Assembly (NCBI GenBank): GCA_017610275.1
Contig: JAFCCI010000001.1
Span: 1 to 47,512, forward strand
From: Candidatus Woesearchaeota archaeon
GTDB taxonomy: Archaea > Nanobdellota > Nanobdellia > Woesearchaeales > CG1-02-33-12
Reading direction: 5' to 3'
Length of the DNA: 47,512 nucleotides
Position numbers and translations under genes: made by a program. Within the stretch, counting starts at the first letter, position 1. Every line of letters starts with the position of its first letter. The notes under the pieces are model-generated. The model had not been told where the DNA came from, ran no database searches, and saw only the letters and a program-made list of their open reading frames with translations. This document shows positions 7,826-16,191 of this stretch, one piece after another.

Positions 7826-9613
7826 TTAACCAAGCCTCTTTACAGCAAGATTATGTGCTTCAATATAATTTTTAATCAAAACATCCCAGTCAGCTAATGA
7901 AGATAATCTTTGCGCTTCCATCTTGTTTTTTATCCTTTCCTGCTTTGATAAATTGCTGAAATAATAAAATGAGTTAGTAAGTTCCTTAACAACTTCATCA
8001 TCTTTTTTGCCTAATCTCTTTAAAACAAATATTCCCGGATTCTTGCTTTGAACTGATTTTTCATTAACATATCTTCCAAATCCAGCTAAGTCAGTAGTTA
8101 CAGATGAAACGCCAAGTGCAGCTGCCTCCAAAGGGGTGTAACCCCATGGTTCATAATATGATGGAAAAACACCAAGATGAGAGCCCTGCATGCATTCATA
8201 ATAACTTAAATCAAGCAAACCATCTGCTCCGGTTAGATAGATTGGGTAAAACACAACCTTTACCCTGTCTTCTTTTTTATTTAATAATCCAGCTTCATTA
8301 AGGGATTTTATAATGGGATTATTTTGTTCATCATGCAAATCGTGTGTTGATAATGCAGGATATCCCTTTTTCATGAGCTTCAAAACCTTTTTTTTGTTTT
8401 CATGCATAAAATCTTCATCAAAAATATTTTTTTCTGTAATACTCTTTTTTGAAACTATTGAATAAATTATTTTGTTCCTAATTTGATTAATATTATCATC
8501 AATGCCATCTTTTATATCCTCAAAAAATGCCCTGCTTTCTAATAATTCTGTTTTGATGCTCCTTATGTTTCCCGGAACCCAGAAAAAAGCAACAATTGTT
8601 TTTTTGGAATTATCTTTCTTTAGCTTTTCATTAAGCTTTGCCAGTGCTTTTACAAATATGTCAATGCCCTTTGCCCTGAATTCATATCTTCCGCATAAAA
8701 AATAAAGAAGGGTATTATCAAAATCAAATGAATAATATGGAGAAAAATAATACATTAGGAATTCCTTTATTCTTTCCCTATACAGCCTGTGTTTTATGGA
8801 TGCCTCTTCAAATGTTGGGAATTTCTTAAGGTCAAGGCCATTTGGCAAAAGAACATCTGGCTTTTTTCCTAAGAGATGCTCTGCTTCTATAGCTGTAATT
8901 TCACTTACAGTTGTAAACACATTTGCATTTAATGCGCTTTGCTTTTCTGCAAGGTATTTTGCCTGAATACCATATTCATAAGCTTTTTTTTCAGGATTTA
9001 TCTTGTCAAATATTTCATAAAGGTCTTCATTTGCAAAAGACATTGTTCTTCCGAGTATTGTTGCATGCGTTGTAAAGACAGTTCCAATCTTAACCTTATT
9101 CTGCTTTAAGTAAAGCAGGCCAGCTCCAGACAGCCATTCATGGAATTGAGCAACAATCTTTTTATCATTGAAAGTATTTTTTATTTCTTCAAGAAGCTTT
9201 CCAACAGCATAGCTCCATATAATAGGCTCATCAAAATCAAAATACTGTGTATTAAGTGAGTCTATCTTAAAATTTTTCCACAAACTTGTTTTTATTTCAT
9301 CTTTTTTGGATGCAAAGTTGCTAAAATCAACCAGAATTGTGTTAGGCTCACCTTTAATCAACCAGCTACCATAATGGCACTTTATGCCCTCTTTTTCAAG
9401 TTTTTCAAATACCTGCCTTAATTTATCTGAGGGAATTTTTTCCTGAAATTCACCAGCCACTTTTTCTGGAAAAAAAGGTCCAATTGTAAAATAATTTTCC
9501 TTGTAATATTTCATTATTTCAGCAGCCTTTGATTTAACAACAGTATAAATGCCTCCAACTTTGTTACATACTTCCCATGAAACCTCAAATAAATAATCTG
9601 CTTGTTTTTCCAT
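7826..9613 (-). CDS. GT3-family (eukaryote-type) glycogen synthase
   Basis: N-terminus LFEVSWEVCNKVGGIYTVVKSKA closely resembles the FEVAxEVxNxVGGIYxV signature of yeast/animal glycogen synthase. About 595 aa. I prefer the ATG at 9613 to the TTG at 9625. Confidence 0.85.
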   Translation of the reverse strand: MEKQADYLFEVSWEVCNKVGGIYTVVKSKAAEIMKYYKENYFTIGPFFPEKVAGEFQEKIPSDKLRQVFEKLEKEGIKCHYGSWLIKGEPNTILVDFSNFASKKDEIKTSLWKNFKIDSLNTQYFDFDEPIIWSYAVGKLLEEIKNTFNDKKIVAQFHEWLSGAGLLYLKQNKVKIGTVFTTHATILGRTMSFANEDLYEIFDKINPEKKAYEYGIQAKYLAEKQSALNANVFTTVSEITAIEAEHLLGKKPDVLLPNGLDLKKFPTFEEASIKHRLYRERIKEFLMYYFSPYYSFDFDNTLLYFLCGRYEFRAKGIDIFVKALAKLNEKLKKDNSKKTIVAFFWVPGNIRSIKTELLESRAFFEDIKDGIDDNINQIRNKIIYSIVSKKSITEKNIFDEDFMHENKKKVLKLMKKGYPALSTHDLHDEQNNPIIKSLNEAGLLNKKEDRVKVVFYPIYLTGADGLLDLSYYECMQGSHLGVFPSYYEPWGYTPLEAAALGVSSVTTDLAGFGRYVNEKSVQSKNPGIFVLKRLGKKDDEVVKELTNSFYYFSNLSKQERIKNKMEAQRLSSLADWDVLIKNYIEAHNLAVKRLG

Positions 9614-9614
9614 T

Positions 9615-10217
9615 TTAATCAACAAATATTAAGTCATCTGGCCAGCCTTCTTTGATTTTACCATAAGCCATATTGGTTAATGGCATATAATTATGCAACA
9701 TTATTAGCGGAACATTGAGTGTCAATACATCTGTTTTAATAATAGCATCTTCGCCAAAAACCCTTTTGAATTTTGGAGCTATTTCTGCATTAAATATTTC
9801 AATGATATCAGATATAAGCCTGGATTCAATTGTCATGGCAATTATAGCATGGCCATCTCTTTCACCAAGAGAACATTCAGCTATGTGTTTTAACTCTATT
9901 TTGGTTGGGCTTTCTTTTTTCATTGCCTCAATTATCTGCTTTCTTGTTATTCCTAATTTAAACGTTATTATATACTGCTGTTTTGCTGTGAACACGCTTG
10001 TTCCATGCGGACCATTATTAAGATATGTAAAGTAATAAAGAAGCCCTTTTTTCTCAAGTATTTTTCTTTTTCTGTTTACTGTTTTTACAGGAACACCAGT
10101 GTTTTTGCTTATCTGGTTGTCAGAAATCCTTGGATTTTTTATAAGTTCTTTTATGATAAAGTGCTCTTGCTGGTCAATTTCATCTGTATTAATACTAAAC
10201 CACCCCTTTTGTGTCAC
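9615..10217 (-). CDS. Lrp/AsnC-like winged-HTH transcriptional regulator, first gene of the minus-strand glucan operon
   Basis: 200 aa. HTH region IIKELIKNPRISDNQISKNTGVPVKTVNRKRKILEKKGLL followed by a RAM-like domain. GTG start. The stop lies 1 nt before the glycogen synthase ATG. Confidence 0.6.
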   Translation of the reverse strand: MTQKGWFSINTDEIDQQEHFIIKELIKNPRISDNQISKNTGVPVKTVNRKRKILEKKGLLYYFTYLNNGPHGTSVFTAKQQYIITFKLGITRKQIIEAMKKESPTKIELKHIAECSLGERDGHAIIAMTIESRLISDIIEIFNAEIAPKFKRVFGEDAIIKTDVLTLNVPLIMLHNYMPLTNMAYGKIKEGWPDDLIFVD

Positions 10218-10382
10218 ATATCAAATAATACTTATATAAATATGTTTTGTTTTACCTCTTTAAAGGTTAATTTATCAATAAATCACTATTTCTGTTACTA
10301 CATAGTAATCGAGAAGTTATTTATATAATGATTATCTTTAGTTAAATTTAGTTAGATAAAGCTATAAAAAAAGAGGTTTTTG

Positions 10383-11609
10383 ATGAAAGTTTTAATGTTT
10401 GGCTGGGAATTTCCACCATTTAATACAGGGGGCTTAGGGACAGCTTGTTATGGCCTTACAAAAGGACTAAGTAAACAAGGCATTAACATAACATTTGTAA
10501 TCCCCACAGCGCCAAGATTAATTAAATCAGATTTTGTTGATATGATAATTGCGTTTTCAACAAGTTTTGTTAATATCAAAACAGTAGATTCATTATTGGT
10601 CCCTTACATATCATCAGAGGGATATGAAACTATGCATAAAAAAAGATGTATGAATTCAGATAAGAACTTTAACAGGGTTTATGGCCAAAACTTATTTGAA
10701 GAAGTGCATAGATATGCCCTAAAGGCAAGAGAAATAGCAATAAATGAGACTTTTGACTTGATACATTGCCATGACTGGATGACTTATTTGGCAGGAATTG
10801 AAGCAAAAAAAGTCTCAAAAAAACCTCTGGTTGTGCATGTTCATGCAACAGAATTTGATCGCACAGGCGGCCATCCAAACCAGGCTGTTTATGACATTGA
10901 AAGAATGGGAATGCATGCTGCAGACTTGATTATAGCAGTATCTAACTTTACAAAAAATAAAATATTAAAGCATTACGGAATAAGCCCTGGAAAGGTATTT
11001 GTTGTTCATAATGCTGTTGAATTTACAAACTTCCCTGACAGCGAAGATTTTAAGATAAAAAGCCATGATAAGATAGTTTTATTCCTTGGAAGGATAACCA
11101 TACAAAAAGGCCCTGATTATTTCCTTGATGCTGCTAAAAAAGTGCTTGAAAAAGAAAAAAATGTTAAGTTTATTGTTGCAGGCTCAGGTGATATGGAAAT
11201 AGATATGATTGAGAGAGCAGCCAAACTAGGAATAGCAAAGCATATCTTATTTACAGGCTTTTTGCGTGGTAATGATATTGACAGGGCATACAGAATGGCA
11301 GACTTGTATGTTATGCCCTCTGTTTCAGAGCCATTTGGAATAACACCTTTGGAGGCAATGAGAAATGGAACTCCTGTTCTTATATCAAAGCAGTCAGGTG
11401 TTTCAGAGGTTATAAAGAACTGCCTTAAGGTTGATTTTTGGGATATAGATGAGATGGCCAGCAAAATAATCGCAGTACTTAAATATAATGCATTGCATTA
11501 CTGTTTGAAAGAGCATGGATTAATAGAAATAAAAAAATTCAGCTGGAATGACAGCGCAAAAAAATGCATTAATGTTTATGAAAGAGCATTAAATAAAGGA
11601 GGTAATTAA
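10383..11609 (+). CDS. GT4/GT5-type alpha-glucan (glycogen) synthase-like glycosyltransferase
   Basis: N-terminus MKVLMFGWEFPPFNTGGLGTACYGLTKGL (starch-synthase catalytic-domain-like) and a C-terminal GT-B E-x7-E region PSVSEPFGITPLEAM. AAGAGGT SD. I prefer the ATG at 10383 to the TTG at 10380. Confidence 0.8.
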   Translation: MKVLMFGWEFPPFNTGGLGTACYGLTKGLSKQGINITFVIPTAPRLIKSDFVDMIIAFSTSFVNIKTVDSLLVPYISSEGYETMHKKRCMNSDKNFNRVYGQNLFEEVHRYALKAREIAINETFDLIHCHDWMTYLAGIEAKKVSKKPLVVHVHATEFDRTGGHPNQAVYDIERMGMHAADLIIAVSNFTKNKILKHYGISPGKVFVVHNAVEFTNFPDSEDFKIKSHDKIVLFLGRITIQKGPDYFLDAAKKVLEKEKNVKFIVAGSGDMEIDMIERAAKLGIAKHILFTGFLRGNDIDRAYRMADLYVMPSVSEPFGITPLEAMRNGTPVLISKQSGVSEVIKNCLKVDFWDIDEMASKIIAVLKYNALHYCLKEHGLIEIKKFSWNDSAKKCINVYERALNKGGN

Positions 11610-11610
11610 A

Positions 11611-12360
11611 ATGAATCTAAAAAATAAGGTTGCTATTATAACAGGCTCAAGAAGGGGGATTGGAAAGGCAATAGCACTTACATTGGCAAGAGCAGGAGCT
11701 AATGTTGTTGTTAGTGACATAAACCTTGATGATTGCAATAAAGTAGTGGAAGAGATTAAAGCTATTGGCGGAAATGCTTTGGCTGTTAAGGCAGATGTTT
11801 CAAATCCTGAAGATGTTAGCCAGATGATAAATTTAACAACAGAAAAGTTTGGCAAGATTGACATACTTGTTAATAACGCAGGAATATATATGCAAAAATC
11901 ATTAAAAGAAATTACAGAGAAAGATTTTGACAAAATTTTGGATATAAACCTTAAGGGAGTTTTTCTCTGCTCAAAAGCTGTTGTTCCAGAGATGATAAAA
12001 CAGGGAAAAGGCAAAATCGTTAATATAACATCTATTGCGGGCCAGGTAGGCTTTGCAAATTCCAGTGCCTACTGTGCTTCAAAAGGGGCAATAATAAACA
12101 TAACAAGAGAGCTTTCTTTAGAGCTAGGACAATATAAAATAAATGTTAATGCAATAGGCCCAGGCGTAATAGAAACAGCTATGACAAAGGATTTATTGAA
12201 AGATAAAGCAACAAAAGAAGCAATGCTTGCTAATATTCCTTTAAGCAGGATAGGAAAGCCAGAGGACATAGCAAATGCAGCCTTATTCCTTTCTTCAGAT
12301 AACTCAGATTATATAACGGGCATTACATTATTTGTTGATGGGGGTTGGCTTGCACATTAA
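11611..12360 (+). CDS. short-chain dehydrogenase/reductase (FabG-like)
   Basis: 249 aa. TGSRRGIGKA cofactor motif, NNAG, and catalytic YCASK. GGAGGT SD. Confidence 0.9.
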   Translation: MNLKNKVAIITGSRRGIGKAIALTLARAGANVVVSDINLDDCNKVVEEIKAIGGNALAVKADVSNPEDVSQMINLTTEKFGKIDILVNNAGIYMQKSLKEITEKDFDKILDINLKGVFLCSKAVVPEMIKQGKGKIVNITSIAGQVGFANSSAYCASKGAIINITRELSLELGQYKINVNAIGPGVIETAMTKDLLKDKATKEAMLANIPLSRIGKPEDIANAALFLSSDNSDYITGITLFVDGGWLAH

Positions 12361-12369
12361 AGATTAAAA

Positions 12370-13578
12370 ATGGTATCAATTTGTTTTTATTTTCAGGTTC
12401 ACCAGCCTTACAGGCTGAGGAACTACAATGTATTTGAGATTGGAAAGAATCATAGTTATACTAATAAGAAGAAGAATTTGGATATACTAAAAAAAGTTGC
12501 AGAAAAGTGCTATCTTCCAACCAATAAACTAATGCTTGATCTGCTTAATAAGCATGAAGAATTTAAGATAAGCTATTCATTTTCTGGTATTATCCTAGAG
12601 CAATTTGAGGAATTTATGCCTTCTGTTCTGCAATCATTCAGGGATCTGGCTGATACAGGAAAGGTTGAGATACTTGATGAGACATACTATCACTCACTTT
12701 CGTTCCTGCATTCAAAACAGGAATTTAAGGAGCAGGTTATTTTGCATAACAAAAAAATAAGGAGTTTGTTTAAGCAAAGTCCGTCTGTTTTCAGGAATAC
12801 AGAGCTTGTCTATAATAATGAGCTTGCAAATTTTATCGAATCAATGGGTTACAAGGGAATACTTGCAGAGGGAGCAGACCATATACTTGGCTGGAGATCT
12901 CCCAACTTTATTTACACTCCAAAAACAACATCAAAGATTAAACTTTTGCTTAAAAATTACAAGCTTTCTGATGATATTGCATTCAGGTTTTCAGATAAGG
13001 GTTGGAAGGAATGGCCCCTAACAGTTGATAAATACACTAATTGGGTTAATGCTGTTAATGGAAATGGCAATCTAGTTAATTTATTTATGGATTATGAGAC
13101 CTTTGGAGAGCACCAATGGGCAGATACGGGAATATTTGATTTTTTAAGACATCTGCCTCAGGAGCTATTGAAGCATCCTGACAATGATTTTAAGACACCC
13201 AGTGAGGCAATAAAAACATATAATCCTGTTTCAGAACTGGATATTCACAGTCCTGTTTCATGGGCAGATGTTGAAAGAGATACAAGTGCATGGGATGGAA
13301 ATAATATGCAGAAGTCAGCAATAAATGAGATATACCAGATTGAAGATGCTATAAAAAAATCAAGGGATAAAAAGCTTATTAATGACTGGAGAAAACTTCA
13401 GACAAGCGACCATTTTTACTATATGTGTACAAAGTGGTTTAATGATGGTGATGTGCATAAGTACTTCAATCCTTATGATAACCCTTATGATGCATTTATA
13501 ACCTATATGAACATATTAAATGATGTTAACTTCAGGCTAAAAGAACACAATATTTTAAAAAAAGAGGTGGTAGTATGA
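12370..13578 (+). CDS. glycoside hydrolase family 57 alpha-amylase-type enzyme
   Basis: 402 aa. N-terminus ICFYFQVHQPYRLRNY, plus NTELVYN and MDYETFGEHQW, characteristic of GH57. Confidence 0.85.
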   Translation: MVSICFYFQVHQPYRLRNYNVFEIGKNHSYTNKKKNLDILKKVAEKCYLPTNKLMLDLLNKHEEFKISYSFSGIILEQFEEFMPSVLQSFRDLADTGKVEILDETYYHSLSFLHSKQEFKEQVILHNKKIRSLFKQSPSVFRNTELVYNNELANFIESMGYKGILAEGADHILGWRSPNFIYTPKTTSKIKLLLKNYKLSDDIAFRFSDKGWKEWPLTVDKYTNWVNAVNGNGNLVNLFMDYETFGEHQWADTGIFDFLRHLPQELLKHPDNDFKTPSEAIKTYNPVSELDIHSPVSWADVERDTSAWDGNNMQKSAINEIYQIEDAIKKSRDKKLINDWRKLQTSDHFYYMCTKWFNDGDVHKYFNPYDNPYDAFITYMNILNDVNFRLKEHNILKKEVVV

Positions 13579-13886
13579 AAACAAAAAAAAGAGTTAAAAA
13601 GAAAAAAACAGAGAAAAAAGATATATTGAAAAATGCCAACGCAGACCATTATTTTTTTGTTAATGATGGGACAGTTTTGAGGAATGTACTGGATTTATCT
13701 AAACAGCTTGATAAAATGGCTGATGAAGTATTTGAGCATCATGTCAATGGGATGAGAAATGATTTCAGCAATTGGATTAAATATGTCTTTAAAGAGGAAA
13801 AGCTTGCAGAAGAGCTTTTGAAAACAACTAACAAGGACAAGACACAGATAATCCTCTTAAAGTATGTAATAGGTAAATTCAAATAG
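13575..13886 (+). CDS. hypothetical protein, paralogue A of a FEHHV-x4-RNDFSNW motif family
   Basis: 103 aa. ATGA start/stop overlap with the GH57 gene. Shares about 40% identity by eye with the next ORF. Confidence 0.6.
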   Translation: MKTKKRVKKKKTEKKDILKNANADHYFFVNDGTVLRNVLDLSKQLDKMADEVFEHHVNGMRNDFSNWIKYVFKEEKLAEELLKTTNKDKTQIILLKYVIGKFK

Positions 13887-13889
13887 GGA

Positions 13890-14321
13890 GTGATAAAAAT
13901 AACAAACAAAATTTTGTTTCCAAAAGATACAGACACAATACTAATGGATGTTGTTCCAAAACATGAATTTAATATTTATATGGGGCCATCTATAAAAAAT
14001 CTGCAGGAACTTGCTGATGCCTTGGAAATAATGGATGAAGATATATTTGAGCATCATGTGACAAAAGATAGAAATGATTTCAGCAATTGGGTAAACAATA
14101 TTATTTGTGATACTGAACTAAGCAAGGAATTATTGAATGCAAAAACCAAGGAAAAGACATTTGAGGCAGTCAGCCAGAGAGTTAAACAGCTTAAGAAACT
14201 AAAAATAAATAACTTGATAAAAGAGAATCTGCCGCCTTTTAACAATGAGTTTCTCATTGGACTTGTTTTAGGCTTAGTGCTTGGCTTTTTGATTTCAGCA
14301 ATAATAAACAGATTAATTTAA
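13890..14321 (+). CDS. hypothetical protein, paralogue B of the FEHHV-x4-RNDFSNW family with a C-terminal TM anchor
   Basis: 143 aa from the GTG at 13890 (alternative ATG at 13944). Motif IFEHHVTKDRNDFSNWV. C-terminal hydrophobic FLIGLVLGLVLGFLISAII. Confidence 0.55.
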   Translation: MIKITNKILFPKDTDTILMDVVPKHEFNIYMGPSIKNLQELADALEIMDEDIFEHHVTKDRNDFSNWVNNIICDTELSKELLNAKTKEKTFEAVSQRVKQLKKLKINNLIKENLPPFNNEFLIGLVLGLVLGFLISAIINRLI

Positions 14322-14331
14322 TTTTTAGAAA

Positions 14332-15693
14332 TTATTTAAGCTTCATACCTTGCATACCCTTACCGCTGAACTTTTTCATCATCCTTTCCATGCTCTTTGG
14401 GCTGCCACCCTTAAAGAGCTTTGCCATTTTTTTGCTCTGGCGATATTGTTTTAGAAGTTCTCTTATTTCTTTTGTAGATGTTCCTGAGCCCTTTGCAATC
14501 CTGTCAATTCTTGTAATGCTTATGATGTCCGGGTCTTCAAGCTCATCCTTTGACATTGAGTCCATAATAAAGCGCCATTTTTTCAGCTTTCCTTCCTGAA
14601 CTTTCAACAAATCCTTTGGCATTTTTAACTGAGAAAATCCTGGAATCATTTCTGTTATCTTGTTTAAAGGCCCCATCTTGTTCATTGCCTGCATCTGCTC
14701 ATATAAATCAATTAAGTTAAACTCTCCCTTGAGAAACCTTTTTCCTAAATCCTCTGCATCTTCTTTGGATATTGCTTCTTCTGCTTTCTCTAATAATGCT
14801 TCAAGATCACCCATACCTAAAAGCCTGGAGATAAATCCCTCTGGCCTGAAAATCTCCAAATCACCTAATTTTTCACCAACACCAATGAACTTTATTTTGG
14901 TATCTGTTGCAGCGCATGCTGTTAAAGCACCCCCTGCCTTAGCAGTGCCGTCCATCTTTGTTACAATCACACCAGTTATCCTGCATGATTCATGGAAAGC
15001 CTGCGCCTGTTTTTGGGCTGCCTGGCCAATGTCAGCACTTATTACCAGGATATTTTCCTCTGGTTTTACAGTATTGTTTATTTTTTTTATTTCTTCAATC
15101 AGATCTTCTGAAAGCGCATCTCTTCCAGAGGTGTCTATGATAATTATGTTATATTTGCTGAATTCTTTTTCAAACTTTTTCAATATCTTTAATGGATTTT
15201 TTTCTTTTTTGTCAAGAAAAACAGGAACCTTTGCCTTTTTAGCTATCTGCTCTATCTGCTCCATTGCAGCAGGTCTGTGGGTATCAAGTCCGATTAATGC
15301 AACTTTATAGCCTCTTTTTGTATAGAATTTAGCGAGCTTTCCTGCCTGGGTTGTTTTTCCAGAGCCAAACAAGCCAACAAGCATTATCTTTGTTGGTTTC
15401 TTTTTTATTTCTATCTTACCCTCTTCTTTTCCGACAAAATTAACCAATTCCTCGTAAACAACTTTTACAAGGTATTCTTTTTTTGTGAGGCCAGCAGGGG
15501 TTTCTTCTTTTAAGGCCCTTTCTTTTATTTTATTGCTTAATTCAAAGACTAACTTAACATTAACATCTGCCTGCAATAAAGCACGCTGAATGTCCTTAAC
15601 AAGCTCATTAATGAGTTTTTCGTCAACAAATATTGCTTTCGCTATTTTGGTTAATGTATTTTTTATTGAGCTTCCAAGCTTCTCAAGCACCAT
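14332..15693 (-). CDS. srp54: signal recognition particle protein SRP54
   Basis: 453 aa. N domain, GTPase motifs GLFGSGKTT, DTSGR and TKMDG, and a Met-rich M domain. Confidence 0.95.
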   Translation of the reverse strand: MVLEKLGSSIKNTLTKIAKAIFVDEKLINELVKDIQRALLQADVNVKLVFELSNKIKERALKEETPAGLTKKEYLVKVVYEELVNFVGKEEGKIEIKKKPTKIMLVGLFGSGKTTQAGKLAKFYTKRGYKVALIGLDTHRPAAMEQIEQIAKKAKVPVFLDKKEKNPLKILKKFEKEFSKYNIIIIDTSGRDALSEDLIEEIKKINNTVKPEENILVISADIGQAAQKQAQAFHESCRITGVIVTKMDGTAKAGGALTACAATDTKIKFIGVGEKLGDLEIFRPEGFISRLLGMGDLEALLEKAEEAISKEDAEDLGKRFLKGEFNLIDLYEQMQAMNKMGPLNKITEMIPGFSQLKMPKDLLKVQEGKLKKWRFIMDSMSKDELEDPDIISITRIDRIAKGSGTSTKEIRELLKQYRQSKKMAKLFKGGSPKSMERMMKKFSGKGMQGMKLK

Positions 15694-15774
15694 TTTACAT
15701 CTGAAAACAGGTTTTCATTTATAAACCTTTAGAAAAAGCATAAGATTTAATCTCTTGAATAAAAGAAAATATGG

Positions 15775-16113
15775 TTATTTACTAGAAGGCCTATATGACT
15801 CTTTAACAACCTTTGACTTATAATTTGATTTATAATTTGATAATATCTCTACCCAATGGAATTCATCAATATCAAAGAAACCATATTCTCCAGAATTAAT
15901 CATTTCATCAAAACTTTCATCAGATGGTGATTGAGCTCCGTTATCTTTTGGTAAAGACTTTCTGAATGCTCCAATATGACTTAATTCTTCAGCAACAGTA
16001 AGAGGATATGCTCCTGTATTTTCTAATTTTGTCATGATTTTATTAGCATAACAGCCACCAGGACCATTTGAATCAGAATACTCTTTTCTAGCTTTCTTGT
16101 AAATATTTTTCAT
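15775..16113 (-). CDS. hypothetical protein
   Basis: 112-aa ORF with an ATG start. No recognisable motif. Confidence 0.4.
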   Translation of the reverse strand: MKNIYKKARKEYSDSNGPGGCYANKIMTKLENTGAYPLTVAEELSHIGAFRKSLPKDNGAQSPSDESFDEMINSGEYGFFDIDEFHWVEILSNYKSNYKSKVVKESYRPSSK

Positions 16114-16191
16114 TTTTACTTTTGTACTATTGTAACTAGTTAGTTACAATTTCTTTATAAATCTTTTGTTTTATTTAAAGAAAAAGAAAAA

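Noticed and set aside
14660-15310. 216-aa plus-strand ORF inside the SRP54 gene. Similar long antisense or overlapping ORFs occur at 2299-2622, 11589-12014, 21747-22154 and 44618-45055.
   Set aside because: Each lies entirely within and antisense to (or out of frame with) a gene that has unmistakable family motifs. Their compositions are low-complexity S/F/L/I-rich, typical of shadow ORFs in AT-rich DNA.
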